This document shows positions 31,826-32,000 of a stretch of 32,000 nucleotides of DNA, piece by piece. The stretch spans positions 120,001 through 152,000 of the forward strand of contig NZ_CP040089.1 in assembly GCF_009617975.1 (NCBI RefSeq). The letters are read 5' to 3'. Position 1 is the first letter of the stretch; every line of letters begins with the position of its first letter. The stretch is from Candidatus Nanohalobium constans (GTDB lineage Archaea > Nanohalarchaeota > Nanosalinia > Nanosalinales > Nanosalinaceae). Made by a program: the position numbers and the translations under genes. The notes under the pieces are model-generated. The model ran no database searches and was not told the origin of the DNA. It saw only the letters and a list, made by a program, of their open reading frames with translations.

Positions 31826-31898
31826 TTGGTGATGATGAGAGTTACACTTACTGACCCTGGTAACGGGGAGTGATGTACAACGAACACCTCTGAACCAA
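31826..31898 (+). ncRNA. box C/D sRNA (2'-O-methylation guide RNA)
   Basis: Terminal stem TTGGT/ACCAA. Box C ATGATGA 31832-31838, 12-nt guide, box D' CTGA 31851-31854, box C' GTGATGT 31870-31876, 13-nt guide, and box D CTGA 31890-31893. T-runs follow. Confidence 0.7.
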
Positions 31899-31928
31899 CT
31901 AGTTTTCACTTTTCCCTTGCACCGGATT

Positions 31929-31937
31929 TTTTAATAA
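31929..31937 (+). promoter_or_regulatory. TATA-like box (TTTTAATAA) for the gene starting at 31960
   Basis: Lies 23-31 nt upstream of the ATG at 31960. Confidence 0.35.
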
Positions 31938-31959
31938 CAACCAAGTTCCAAAACAGTCT

Positions 31960-32000
31960 ATGCCTGATCAGGATCAACTCTATGTAAAACTAGAAGGTCA
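31960..32000 (+). CDS. 5' end of an unidentified gene running off the window (MPDQDQLYVKLEG...)
   Basis: ATG with a TATA-like box at leaderless spacing, open to the window edge. Too short to classify. Confidence 0.25.
   Translation, partial: MPDQDQLYVKLEG

Overview
This window is a compact, almost fully coding archaeal chromosomal segment with about 42 supportable protein genes, one tRNA and one box C/D sRNA. Archaeal hallmarks are a type II GAPDH, a class I (DhnA-type) FBP aldolase, Hel308, NFACT, archaeal-type NMNAT and AspRS, a tRNA without encoded CCA, and the C/D sRNA. Proteins are strongly acidic (D/E-rich) while the DNA looks AT-leaning (roughly low-40s % GC by eye, not computed). Together with the tight packing, this suggests a small-genome halophilic archaeon such as Nanohaloarchaeota/DPANN, which is an inference.

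Content is mostly housekeeping:
- Central carbon metabolism: gap, fba, fbp, a glycosyltransferase and a GH57-like gene fragment.
- A thymidylate/folate cluster: thyA, a small ORF, folA and glyA, with tmk and dut nearby.
- NAD metabolism and repair: nnrD and NMNAT.
- The protein repair gene pcm.
- Chromosome maintenance: smc, scpA, scpB and hel308.
- Ribosome quality control (NFACT), aspS and a secreted S8 protease.

Accessory-like modules are three toxin-antitoxin-type pairs: RHH/PIN VapBC, wHTH-MNT/HEPN, and RHH/RelE-ParE-like. Two of these have tightly coupled uncharacterised downstream ORFs.

Observations most worth follow-up:
- An unannotated box C/D sRNA directly after dut.
- An SMC of only about 848 aa with roughly half-length coiled-coil arms.
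- A sensor-less histidine-kinase-like acidic protein.
- A MNT-HEPN-ORF154-ORF188-pcm co-oriented, overlapping gene string.
- An 18-bp perfect palindrome at the vapB promoter.
- A recurring single central TATA element about 25-30 bp from both start codons in 52-58 bp divergent intergenic regions, which implies leaderless mRNAs.

I see no CRISPR array, transposase, integrase, rRNA or clear pseudogene. I cannot point to a convincingly novel multi-gene system. The TA-linked hypothetical ORFs are the best candidates, but the evidence is only gene arrangement.
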